64,000 nucleotides of DNA from a bacterium (lineage in GTDB: Bacteria > Bacteroidota > Ignavibacteria > Kapaibacteriales > Kapaibacteriaceae): assembly GCA_034440235.1 (NCBI GenBank), contig JAWXBR010000013.1, positions 2,188-66,187 on the forward strand. The letters run 5' to 3'. Positions 37,741 to 46,952 of this stretch are shown piece by piece; within the stretch, counting starts at the first letter, position 1; every line of letters begins with the position of its first letter. The translations under genes were made by a program, and so were the position numbers. The notes under the pieces are model-generated. The model was not told the DNA's origin. It worked only from the letters and a program-made list of their open reading frames with translations, and searched no databases.

Positions 37741-40700
37741 ATGAGAGGGGTGTACCTTCTGCTTGTTGCAGCCCTTTGTTTATGCACCGCACAGGCGCAG
37801 ACGTCGCTCGATCTGGTAGACAAGTTGCCGCCGTATTTGATGAGTGCGCAGTTGTTGAACAACGGGCACTTTTCGATATCGACGCAATACACGGGTACGC
37901 CGAAGACGCTCATCTACAAAGAGGATGGCACAGGGAATCGTCCGGTGAACTACACGTCGCACATTCACATCAAGGTGGATAACACGTTGTTTCAGTTGCC
38001 GTTCGAAGTGAATCCTGCGACAGATTTTCCTCCGCCTGTAAATCCGCTGAAGATTATTGCTCTGTTTCGCGATACGGTTGCATCGCGTCCGCGCATCAAT
38101 GCACGTATGCTCGCGCTCATGCCGGGCAACGACTCGATAGTGGTTGTGTTTACGATGGAGCCCGTGGCACGTCCGAGCGGTGGCTTTATTCGTTTGAGTG
38201 TTGACGTCCAGAACAAGGGTAGAGCACAGCGCAATGTTGGCGTGTTAATGCTTGTCGATACTAAAATTGGCAACAATGACCGCGCGCCTATTGCAACTGC
38301 GTTCGGATACTCTGCAGTCGAAACACAATACAGTCAGGCCGTTGCGCCTGGTGTGCCCGACTTCTGGCTGGCGCTCGAAGGAACGCCTCTTGCGCCTGGA
38401 CTTGCCGCGCGTGGCAATCTTCGCGAAGAAGGTCTAATTGTGCCGGACATCTTCCTGTTCGGTAATTGGGTGGACGATCCCGCGAATAATGTACCCGGAC
38501 TCTTTCGCGTGCAGTTCGATGAACGTACGCCAAGCAACCTTGCATACACCGATAGTGCAATTCTTCTTTTGTGGCGTCAGCAACAAATGGCTTCGGGACT
38601 CCGCAAGCTCCTCGCAGCAACAGAGATCGGCGTGAGCGATTCGCTCTCTGTCGATTCTGGCGATGGCAGTGGCGGCGGTGGAGGTGGTGGCGGCAATGGA
38701 GATTTTCTTGGCATAGCTGGAACAGGCACCTGCCTTACTACAGATACGCTTAGCGAGACCCCTTGCGGCATAGCCCCTTACCATCCGTATCAGCCCGATA
38801 CGCTGCAAGCATTATACTTGGTTACTAATACCGCAGCTACGACTGCGAATAATGTTCGCATCGTGAGCGGTCCGTACACACCTGGCTTGCTGCCAGTGGC
38901 TACAATTGCAAACGTCATTCAGCCAACACTTGCTACGCAGCAGACGGGTGTGGGAGTTGTAACGGTTGGACTCGTTGCGCGCCTTCGAACAACAACCTAT
39001 GCACTGCCGATTTCTGTTGTTCGCAATGCCGCCGATACCGTGTTGCGTGACACGTTGTGCATAAGTGTGCCTGGTCTTCTTGGCAGCATCGATGCGTTCG
39101 ACGTTACGTCGCCGCCGACATGTCCGGGTGTGAAGGACACCACATTGATAAGGGTCTTGTCAAGGGGCGTGCGTTGCTTAAAGATTGTCGACGTGCGTGT
39201 TCTTACACCGTCGACAGAAGTAAACGTTGTGTTGCCGTTCCCAGCGCAGCTTGCAGCAGGAACGACGTCGACGATTCCTATCGAAGTAATTCCGAACGCT
39301 GTCGGACAGCGCACTGTGCGCATACGTATTGCAGTGCGCGATTACGAGTTTGGGCCGGGCATAAGTGATTCTGTCGAACTGGCCGACACAATTACGCTAA
39401 CGATTAACGGACGTCTTGCAGAGCTCGACCCAATTCTCACGGGCGACACACTCGAATTAGTAAAGGTGTGTATTAACGACACAACTGGCGATGACGTTAT
39501 GTTGCAGAACATCGGTGGATGTGCGGTTAGCATAACGGGTGCAACGTGGTTTAACAGTGCGGGTGGAAGATTCTTCTTCCCTGCAGCGTATGTCGTACCA
39601 ACACCTGCTGCACCAACATCGGTGCCACGTGCAGAGCGTATTCAAGTACCGATATCATTTGTGAGTGCAACACCAGGCACATTCGTGGGAACGTTGCGCT
39701 TGCAGACAAACGGAAGTCCGGCACAAGTAGACGTACCAGTGCGCATTGTTGTCGAAGCCCCTGCACTCACGGTAGACCTCGATACCATCGACCTCGACAC
39801 GGTGTGTCCCGGAACTGCTGTTGTGCGCAGCATTCGCTTGCGCAACCCAACTGCATGTATCGTTGGTGTCGACAGTGCATTTAGTGCAGGCATTGATGTA
39901 GTTGATGTCTCGCCGCAAGGCGGCTTTGCTATTTCGCCAAACGGTGCAGTAAGCATTACAACATCTGTGAACAGAACAGCATCGGGTCCGTTCTCCGGCA
40001 TCGTCCGCATCCGCAGCATCGCGGGCGACAAAGACGTTGTGGTGAAAGGTGTGGCTGCAACACGCGCATTAACAGTGCTGCCGGCGCCGACGCTCGACCT
40101 TGGTGACATTCGAGTAAATCAAACGGGATCTGGTACAGTTACCATTCAATCGGCAGGTGATGCACCAGTAACTATTTCCAATATCGTTGTGAGTGGACCG
40201 CAAGCTGCGGAATGCACCGTCGTACCACAAGGCGGAGTAACACTTCCGCACACGTTGCCTGTTGGTGGATCGCTTGTATGTACTGTGACGATGACGCCTG
40301 CCGACATCGACACACGTCGTGCAACGGTTACCGTTGTTGGCGCGAACGGAATATGTACGTTGCCCACACCTACAGAAATTCGTGCGCGCGGGATAAGTCC
40401 GTTGCTCGACATCGAGCCCCGTATCCTGCCCCTTGACCCATCGTGTATTGGCGGCTTCGTCGACACAACCATAGTGCTTGTGAATCGCGGCAATGCGCCG
40501 TTGCAAGTCACTGGCCTTATCGATACCAACACGGCGTCGCCTGTTTCAACAACTGCGACGTTCCCAATTACCATCGACAGCGGCGGACGTGTCACGCTCA
40601 CGGTAAGGGTCCAGCCGACGCGGCTGGGGGTCTTCGCCTGGATTGCATCGTTCTCGCACGACGGCTCGTGGTTTACGCCAACCGACACAACACTTCGCGT

Positions 40701-41385
40701 AGATGGTCAGGCACTCTTATGTGCATCGCTATCGCTCGACACGCTCGATGCAGACATCGGCAGTGTTGTGCCTATTACGATTAACATGACTTCTGATGTT
40801 GGCACCATCGATGCCGAAGCGATGCGCACGCTCATCAATGGTGTTGGCGGACAAACAGTGCTTCGTATTCGGTCCGACGAACCTCTGCTACGTATGCAGC
40901 CAACAGTCGAAGGTCAGCTCGCAGGCGCAACTACAACTACCGTTGCAAACGCAACAGGTGTGGGCTTCGAAACAACCATTACATCAACAACTCCTCTCGT
41001 AGCAAACAACACGTTCGCACTACTAAGAGCAGACGTTGTGCTTGGCACCTCTACTCGCACCGGACTCGAACTCTTTGTTGATTCGTTAGCAGGTGGCAAC
41101 ACACGCCTAACGCTCAACCCTGGTCTCGTACGCGGACGTATGTGTGCCATCGACAACCGGTTTATACGTCCAGCCACCCAGGGCCTCGTCACCTGGTTCG
41201 ACGACAATCACAACGTGCATGTCTCCGCTCTCGAAGCCGGCACATGGGACGTCGACATCCTCGACCTCGTCGGTCGCGTGGTTCAGACGCAGCGTATAAC
41301 GCTCGATGCAAACACCTCGACAGTCTTTCCGCTGCTGCAGTGGGTGAGACCGGAGAGGGAGTGGTACGTGGTGCGGGTTCGCTGA
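37741..41385 (+). CDS. Large secreted protein with repeated Ig-like domains and a degenerate T9SS CTD
   Basis: Signal peptide MRGVYLLLVAALCLCTAQA; poly-Gly linker; repeats LxNxG(NA)PLxxT; C-terminus DILDLVGRVV...WYVVRVR. Confidence 0.78.
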   Translation: MRGVYLLLVAALCLCTAQAQTSLDLVDKLPPYLMSAQLLNNGHFSISTQYTGTPKTLIYKEDGTGNRPVNYTSHIHIKVDNTLFQLPFEVNPATDFPPPVNPLKIIALFRDTVASRPRINARMLALMPGNDSIVVVFTMEPVARPSGGFIRLSVDVQNKGRAQRNVGVLMLVDTKIGNNDRAPIATAFGYSAVETQYSQAVAPGVPDFWLALEGTPLAPGLAARGNLREEGLIVPDIFLFGNWVDDPANNVPGLFRVQFDERTPSNLAYTDSAILLLWRQQQMASGLRKLLAATEIGVSDSLSVDSGDGSGGGGGGGGNGDFLGIAGTGTCLTTDTLSETPCGIAPYHPYQPDTLQALYLVTNTAATTANNVRIVSGPYTPGLLPVATIANVIQPTLATQQTGVGVVTVGLVARLRTTTYALPISVVRNAADTVLRDTLCISVPGLLGSIDAFDVTSPPTCPGVKDTTLIRVLSRGVRCLKIVDVRVLTPSTEVNVVLPFPAQLAAGTTSTIPIEVIPNAVGQRTVRIRIAVRDYEFGPGISDSVELADTITLTINGRLAELDPILTGDTLELVKVCINDTTGDDVMLQNIGGCAVSITGATWFNSAGGRFFFPAAYVVPTPAAPTSVPRAERIQVPISFVSATPGTFVGTLRLQTNGSPAQVDVPVRIVVEAPALTVDLDTIDLDTVCPGTAVVRSIRLRNPTACIVGVDSAFSAGIDVVDVSPQGGFAISPNGAVSITTSVNRTASGPFSGIVRIRSIAGDKDVVVKGVAATRALTVLPAPTLDLGDIRVNQTGSGTVTIQSAGDAPVTISNIVVSGPQAAECTVVPQGGVTLPHTLPVGGSLVCTVTMTPADIDTRRATVTVVGANGICTLPTPTEIRARGISPLLDIEPRILPLDPSCIGGFVDTTIVLVNRGNAPLQVTGLIDTNTASPVSTTATFPITIDSGGRVTLTVRVQPTRLGVFAWIASFSHDGSWFTPTDTTLRVDGQALLCASLSLDTLDADIGSVVPITINMTSDVGTIDAEAMRTLINGVGGQTVLRIRSDEPLLRMQPTVEGQLAGATTTTVANATGVGFETTITSTTPLVANNTFALLRADVVLGTSTRTGLELFVDSLAGGNTRLTLNPGLVRGRMCAIDNRFIRPATQGLVTWFDDNHNVHVSALEAGTWDVDILDLVGRVVQTQRITLDANTSTVFPLLQWVRPEREWYVVRVR

Positions 41386-41393
41386 TACTTACA

Positions 41394-42638
41394 CTAAACC
41401 ACGGCCCACCACGGAGCAGCAATGATATCCGAGGTGAGATCGCGAATTGTCGGGTCGCTACTCAGAAGTATTCCTCGTTTAGCTTCTGGATATGCTGACA
41501 TAAATGCACGTAGATGTTTAGAATCGCTGTAATTGATTGTTGAGGATGTCTTGATTTCGACCGCTAGGAGCCTGTTGCCCTCTTCTAGGATAAAATCAAC
41601 TTCTTTACTACCTGATCTCCAGTGGTATAGACCTCTGCCATAACTCAGGTCTTTCCAAACAGCAATGTCGCTCGCAATAAATGTCTCGAAGTGGAATCCG
41701 GTCGGGACTGAGGATCGAGAAGCGGCGAGGGCCAGAGCGGAGTCAGTGATGACAAGTTTACTCGATTTGATTATTCGATGTCCCGCATTGCGCGAGTAAG
41801 CGGGGATATGATTAATTAAGTAGCTGCGGTCAAGAGCGTCAACCCATCGACGGACTGTAGATACCGCAACTCCGAGTTCATTGGCAATGGTTGAATGGTT
41901 TTGAATTTGAGCTGTTCGGGCAGCCAATAGCCTAATGAATTGTTCGAACTTGTCCGGCGATTCTATCTCTAAGACTTCACGTATGTCTCGACTTGCAAAC
42001 ACTTGAATGTAGTCTTCCATGAGACGCCGCCTATGCTCAGGATCTGTTGCAAGTACTCTTGGAAATCCTCCCGACTGCACAACCTCCGCCCAGTTCATCG
42101 CACCACTTATTTCTGCTCGATCATTGAGCTCTTTCATAACCGAAGGCGTTTCTCCAAACAAGAATGACCACCCAGGATGTGAATCAGAGAGCCGCAATTC
42201 GCTTAACGTCAACGGACGCAACGTCCGATAGGCAACCCTCCCCAATAAAGAGTCGCTAACTGACGTTCGAATGTTTGGTTGGTGCGATCCACATAGCAAA
42301 AATTGCCCCGGCCTGTCGGTCTCGTCAATCGCGGCTTTTAGCGTTAATAAAATGCTCGGCGCTCGTTGTACTTCGTCAATAAACAACCCCTTGTCCACCC
42401 TACTTTTGACAAATCCTTTTGGGTCAGCTAAGGCTTCATTTAGAGTGTCCACGTCGTCCAGCGTACACGAAGCAAACCCCATGTCCTGTGCAATTGCACG
42501 ACAAAGAGTACTTTTCCCAACCTGCCTAGCTCCCATTACGGCGACTGCAGGATATCGACCTAAATCGTTGACAAGCGACTGGGTGATAGTCCTAGGGAAA
42601 AAATTTGGATTTGAGAATAAAAACGGTATATTGTTCAT
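41394..42638 (-). CDS. AAA_14 ATPase with a DUF4143 (PD-(D/E)xK-like) C-terminal domain
   Basis: MGARQVGKSTL, FIDEVQ, FLLCGS, SGGFP, KEVDFIL...LAVEIK. Confidence 0.9.
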   Translation of the reverse strand: MNNIPFLFSNPNFFPRTITQSLVNDLGRYPAVAVMGARQVGKSTLCRAIAQDMGFASCTLDDVDTLNEALADPKGFVKSRVDKGLFIDEVQRAPSILLTLKAAIDETDRPGQFLLCGSHQPNIRTSVSDSLLGRVAYRTLRPLTLSELRLSDSHPGWSFLFGETPSVMKELNDRAEISGAMNWAEVVQSGGFPRVLATDPEHRRRLMEDYIQVFASRDIREVLEIESPDKFEQFIRLLAARTAQIQNHSTIANELGVAVSTVRRWVDALDRSYLINHIPAYSRNAGHRIIKSSKLVITDSALALAASRSSVPTGFHFETFIASDIAVWKDLSYGRGLYHWRSGSKEVDFILEEGNRLLAVEIKTSSTINYSDSKHLRAFMSAYPEAKRGILLSSDPTIRDLTSDIIAAPWWAVV

Positions 42639-42667
42639 GAATCGTCAATATAACGTTTTCGTTTAAC

Positions 42668-43216
42668 ATGATAAACACGTCCACAGTTGCTGAAGTACTT
42701 GAATTCCTCGAGCAAGCTAGTACTCGCGGACTAATGCCCGCTGCTACTGCTGGAGCGCTTGCAAGTGCTGTACGTAGTATTCAGAGTGTGTTAAGTGACG
42801 CAGAACAACAGGATGTCAGAAGCCTGGATTTGGAAGCTGTCATAAAACGGTTCAATAATAAACGTTCACTTGACTTCAATCCGTCGTCCCTGAATGAATA
42901 TGGACGTCGGTTTCAAAGAGCCGTGCAGCTATATATTTCCTGGAACGACGATCCTGCAAACTTCGCGGTCAAGACCAGATCGACGGCCAAGAAAAAATTA
43001 ATACTTGGTGAGCATTCTCCCGGTGCCTATGACATACGGACACATCCTGTGCAGTTAGCGCCATCGTCAGAGAGAAACACAAATGCGGGCAGTTTTACAA
43101 CTTCGTTGCCAATTCGAGCAGACTGGGTCGTTTCTCTAGTTAATGTACCCTCTGATTTAACTGAGGTTGAAGCTGAGAAACTCAGAAAATTCATTGGGCT
43201 CCTAGTCTCAGAATAG
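42668..43216 (+). CDS. Hypothetical protein (182 aa; helical N-domain, small C-domain)
   Basis: Clean ORF with a protein-like composition, divergent from the AAA_14 gene; no family named with confidence. Confidence 0.65.
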   Translation: MINTSTVAEVLEFLEQASTRGLMPAATAGALASAVRSIQSVLSDAEQQDVRSLDLEAVIKRFNNKRSLDFNPSSLNEYGRRFQRAVQLYISWNDDPANFAVKTRSTAKKKLILGEHSPGAYDIRTHPVQLAPSSERNTNAGSFTTSLPIRADWVVSLVNVPSDLTEVEAEKLRKFIGLLVSE

Positions 43217-43264
43217 TTCTTATCGAGGAGCGCCACGAAAATGTGGAGAGCGTTCCTGGCGTAA

Positions 43265-43636
43265 TTAGCTGATCTTAAGAATCTTTATCGTTCCCGCCCT
43301 CGAGCCATAGTCGCTTACAACAACGAAGTACATGCCGGTCGACCAGGTAGAAGCATCGACGGTAAACGTCTGAAGGCCCGGAATGAGTTGAACGCGATGC
43401 GCAAGACTTTCGATGGTGCGTCCTTGTACGTCCACCACATCAAGTGTACGAAATCCTTGGGTTGCTGTCTGCGCTTCGTATATGCGTATCTCAAAAGTGC
43501 CGCGGATCATACGCGGGTATGCGTCGGCAAGCCATATAGCATCGGGGATGGGATTAGCCCGAACATCCGATTGCATCCAACTCAAAAGCAGACAGAGCGT
43601 TGCTATTGTGCATCCGTAGGATTGTCTTTTGGTCAT
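43265..43636 (-). CDS. Small secreted protein consisting essentially of a T9SS CTD
   Basis: Signal peptide then AYP...DVVDVQGRTI...DASTWSTGMYFVVV...IKILKIS; ATGA overlap with the upstream gene. Confidence 0.7.
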   Translation of the reverse strand: MTKRQSYGCTIATLCLLLSWMQSDVRANPIPDAIWLADAYPRMIRGTFEIRIYEAQTATQGFRTLDVVDVQGRTIESLAHRVQLIPGLQTFTVDASTWSTGMYFVVVSDYGSRAGTIKILKIS

Positions 43637-46038
43637 GGAAGGACGAGAACCTGCTCGTACGTACTTGTGGAGGCTGTCGAAAGTGTAACGACATACATGC
43701 CTGGCATCACAATATCAGGAGAGCAAGAAACACCCATCAAATTCACAAGCCGTGAAAGGGTCATGTTTGCTCTATTCCAACGCATGCCATGTTCCTCCCA
43801 GGTTGCTGCCCTGATCTTGTGTGAACGAGCGGGGAGCACGCTGTCTGACACGGAGGTGGTCGTCGTGGACTTGTACAGTCCCTTGTCCGTGCAATAATAA
43901 ATGTCGTTACCATCGGGATCGCGAAAGAGTGAGATCACTTGCGTATTCTCTTCGAACTGCAATGCATGCGCATGCCAGGAGAGTCCATCGTCGGTGCTTT
44001 CGATTACGCCATCGGGAGACATGAGCAGCAGGCGGCCATCGTTCGTTGCAACTCCGTCACCTCCGATAAATCTGTACGGTCTGCTAAACGATGCATGATA
44101 CACCGTTGCCCATGTTCTGCCATGGTCGGCGGAACGTAGAACATGGCAATCCTCCATGCGGTGATTCACAGCTTCTGTCTCGCTGGGTGCATTGAAGGGC
44201 GGAGGAATCTGAATATGCCTCGTGGTATCGTATAACAGCGTTGTCACAGAAGCCAACAACGCGCCACTCGGTGATTTCGTCATTCCGAGGAAATATCGAC
44301 CGACTCCAACAGGAAGGGAAGAAGTTTCCCAAGAGGCACCACCATCGGACGAGTATACGATGCCGCCACAAACGTTGGTGTCCGCAAGCCGCGTGTCATC
44401 ATCCACGATGTATTGATGGCTTACCAGCGCCACATGGTTTTGAGAATTTGATTCCACGTAAGCGATAACGAATCCCGTTGAGTCGTTGGAGGCTGCGTTG
44501 CACAACACCGGGCGCAGATCGACACTGTCGCGTGCTCCCTCTGGGCTGATGCGACGGATGATATATTTGTTAGCCACGACGGACGTGCCGTCCGCGAGTC
44601 GATAGACACAGGTCGAAGCGTTTGTATCCAGTGTGTCGAGGAGCTCACCCGAGCGAGAAAATACACGTGTGATATTGCCAGGAGCCAGAACGGCATCGTG
44701 GCCAACGAAGAGGGTTCGGAGACCCCTTGTGCTTTGGTAATACGGACCTACCGTATTGTGGGATGTGTATTGCTCTCCGCGCGTGCTTGTCGCATGTGTG
44801 ACGCCATATCCTTTCGCAGAGATGTGGGTTAAGCCATCGCTCCAGGGAACAACGATAGGCGTATGCTCAGGCGTGACGAAGCCGCATAAAATCGGATTGA
44901 TTTTAATGTCATCCAAATCCCTCATCAGAGAGCCAACATTCACAAGACCCAGACCGCGATGAAAAAGAGACATTGTCGAATAACCAGTTCGCATCAATGA
45001 GTACGAATCGGACAACGGCCGGGGGTCTACGCTGGGGCCTATTCCCTGCGGGAGGGTGTCTATGGTTGTATGAATGGGTTCTTGCAGGTAGATAGAAATA
45101 ATTCCTACACGATCGGGACCAGGAGGGTGGACAAGTTGAGTTGAATACAGTCCAATGGCAAGGTTCGACCACGGCGCTGTGTATTGCAGAGGAGGTAGTG
45201 AACCCATGTACACCCAGCCTTCGCTGCTGTACCTAGCATACCACCCTTGCCGAGGTGAAAAGAGAACCAAGCCGCCTGCTGTGCTAGAAATCAAGTTTAT
45301 CTGTGAAAGAATCGGTGCACTCGGTGCGCCTGGGATGATGAGTTGCGTTTCGCAGCGCCGATAGGTGCTATCGTGAATAGAGCCGTAGCAAATCGTGTCG
45401 GGGAGTAAACCGTCAAGGGCCTTCTCGGTCCATACGAGCGAATCTCCAGCAAAGACCGCAATTTCGTCGGGACGACGAATAGGCACGGGGAAGAATTTCC
45501 CTCCTAGGTCTACCGTAGTGATGATGTACTTTCCAGCACGAGTCTGCGCGAGGATGAAACCAGAATTCAATTGCTTGAGATTCAGGCTGGAATCTGGACT
45601 CCACGATCTACCTCCGTCGATACTCGTGGAGTACCCTGAATGTAGCAGGCCGTCACCATACGATTGCAGCCCATTGATATCCGGTACAACGCGTTCTGTT
45701 ATAGTGCCCTGGGCATTGATGGCAAAGAGTCGATAACCGAAAAATCCGTGCTGACTAAGAAGGACGTCGCCATTGCGATCATTGTAAAGATCATTATATT
45801 GGAATGAGCCGTTGTTTGTAATCTCTTCTACTTTCATCAATTGCCACGTTGTCTTGTCCAACTTATACAAGCCCCGAACCGCAATCGCCACATAAATATC
45901 CCCGCTCTCACCATGGATGCCCACTACAGGTGTCATAATAGTAGTCGGCTCTCGTTCGCGGTAGATAAGCTTGGCATTTTGGGCAAGGCACATCGTGCAG
46001 CCAAGAAAGACGGAGAGGACAATCAGTTTCTGAACCAT
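43633..46038 (-). CDS. Secreted Asp-box (BNR) beta-propeller protein with a degenerate CTD
   Basis: Signal peptide MVQKLIVLSVFLGCTMCLA; Asp boxes SIDGGRSW, SSDGGASW, SADHGRTW, STDDGLSW; tail LVNLMG...PGMYVV. Confidence 0.78.
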   Translation of the reverse strand: MVQKLIVLSVFLGCTMCLAQNAKLIYREREPTTIMTPVVGIHGESGDIYVAIAVRGLYKLDKTTWQLMKVEEITNNGSFQYNDLYNDRNGDVLLSQHGFFGYRLFAINAQGTITERVVPDINGLQSYGDGLLHSGYSTSIDGGRSWSPDSSLNLKQLNSGFILAQTRAGKYIITTVDLGGKFFPVPIRRPDEIAVFAGDSLVWTEKALDGLLPDTICYGSIHDSTYRRCETQLIIPGAPSAPILSQINLISSTAGGLVLFSPRQGWYARYSSEGWVYMGSLPPLQYTAPWSNLAIGLYSTQLVHPPGPDRVGIISIYLQEPIHTTIDTLPQGIGPSVDPRPLSDSYSLMRTGYSTMSLFHRGLGLVNVGSLMRDLDDIKINPILCGFVTPEHTPIVVPWSDGLTHISAKGYGVTHATSTRGEQYTSHNTVGPYYQSTRGLRTLFVGHDAVLAPGNITRVFSRSGELLDTLDTNASTCVYRLADGTSVVANKYIIRRISPEGARDSVDLRPVLCNAASNDSTGFVIAYVESNSQNHVALVSHQYIVDDDTRLADTNVCGGIVYSSDGGASWETSSLPVGVGRYFLGMTKSPSGALLASVTTLLYDTTRHIQIPPPFNAPSETEAVNHRMEDCHVLRSADHGRTWATVYHASFSRPYRFIGGDGVATNDGRLLLMSPDGVIESTDDGLSWHAHALQFEENTQVISLFRDPDGNDIYYCTDKGLYKSTTTTSVSDSVLPARSHKIRAATWEEHGMRWNRANMTLSRLVNLMGVSCSPDIVMPGMYVVTLSTASTSTYEQVLVLP

Positions 46039-46150
46039 AATACGTACAACGAATAGTGTATAAGAAGAAATAGTATACATGAAAGCCAATGTTAAGATAC
46101 ATTGGGATGGCTCCTTGTCAAGAGCCATCCCGTTGGTTTCAAGATAGACT

Positions 46151-46774
46151 TTACGGTCCGCAACAAACCGGCTGCTCTGTCATGCATGTAAGCGGTATGC
46201 AGCCATCATAACACACTCCTGGCACATTGCAGGCCCAATAAGTTACGATACAGGGGTTGATGGGATTGGCGTCAACTTTAAACTGTATAGCAAGAATACA
46301 GCAACCAGTGCCACAGCGTTCCAGGCAGCCATTGGCCAATATTCGTACACACGTAGGTGTTACTATCGTCCAGCAGTAGATCGTCCCGGGAACAGGTGGC
46401 ATCGTCACGCCCCAAGAATATGGCGGTCTGCAAGGGTTCATTGTACAAACCACGGCGTCGATGAGCGCTTGTGCACTGTAAGAAGCAGGCGGTGTACCCA
46501 CGAAGCAAATCTTCGTAATCGTTGTCCTCCGGTTCTGCAGACCCGAGTTCAGGCAAATCTCTGGAAAGAGAGTTCCGGGGTTTTGTTCGCAACCGTAGAC
46601 GTCTACGAGATAGTTAACACCGCCAAGGCAGATAGGAAGGTTGGCTTTGATTATTCCTGGAAATTCGCAATCGCAAATGTTAGGGTCAATTTGCGCTGAT
46701 GCTGTGTTTGCGGACAGAGCAATTCCGAATAGTGCCACAAGCAGCATTTTGCGCCAATGGAAGAGACAGTTCAT
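46151..46774 (-). CDS. Secreted cysteine-rich protein (21 Cys in about 180 mature residues by my count)
   Basis: Signal peptide MLLVALFGIALSANTASA-Q; Cys counted directly; ends VCCGP. Confidence 0.75.
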   Translation of the reverse strand: MNCLFHWRKMLLVALFGIALSANTASAQIDPNICDCEFPGIIKANLPICLGGVNYLVDVYGCEQNPGTLFPEICLNSGLQNRRTTITKICFVGTPPASYSAQALIDAVVCTMNPCRPPYSWGVTMPPVPGTIYCWTIVTPTCVRILANGCLERCGTGCCILAIQFKVDANPINPCIVTYWACNVPGVCYDGCIPLTCMTEQPVCCGP

Positions 46775-46952
46775 GATGTACCTCGACATGGATGGATGTG
46801 AATTAGGAAGAGAGCAACCTAGAACCTTCATTCAATGAGATTCGTATCAGAACAGTGAATCGTGCGACATTCATGTCGCGCTTCGGTCTAGCCCATTCGG
46901 GTGCATGAAGGCAGTGTATAAGACGAATACTGTGTTTACAATCGAAAATATT

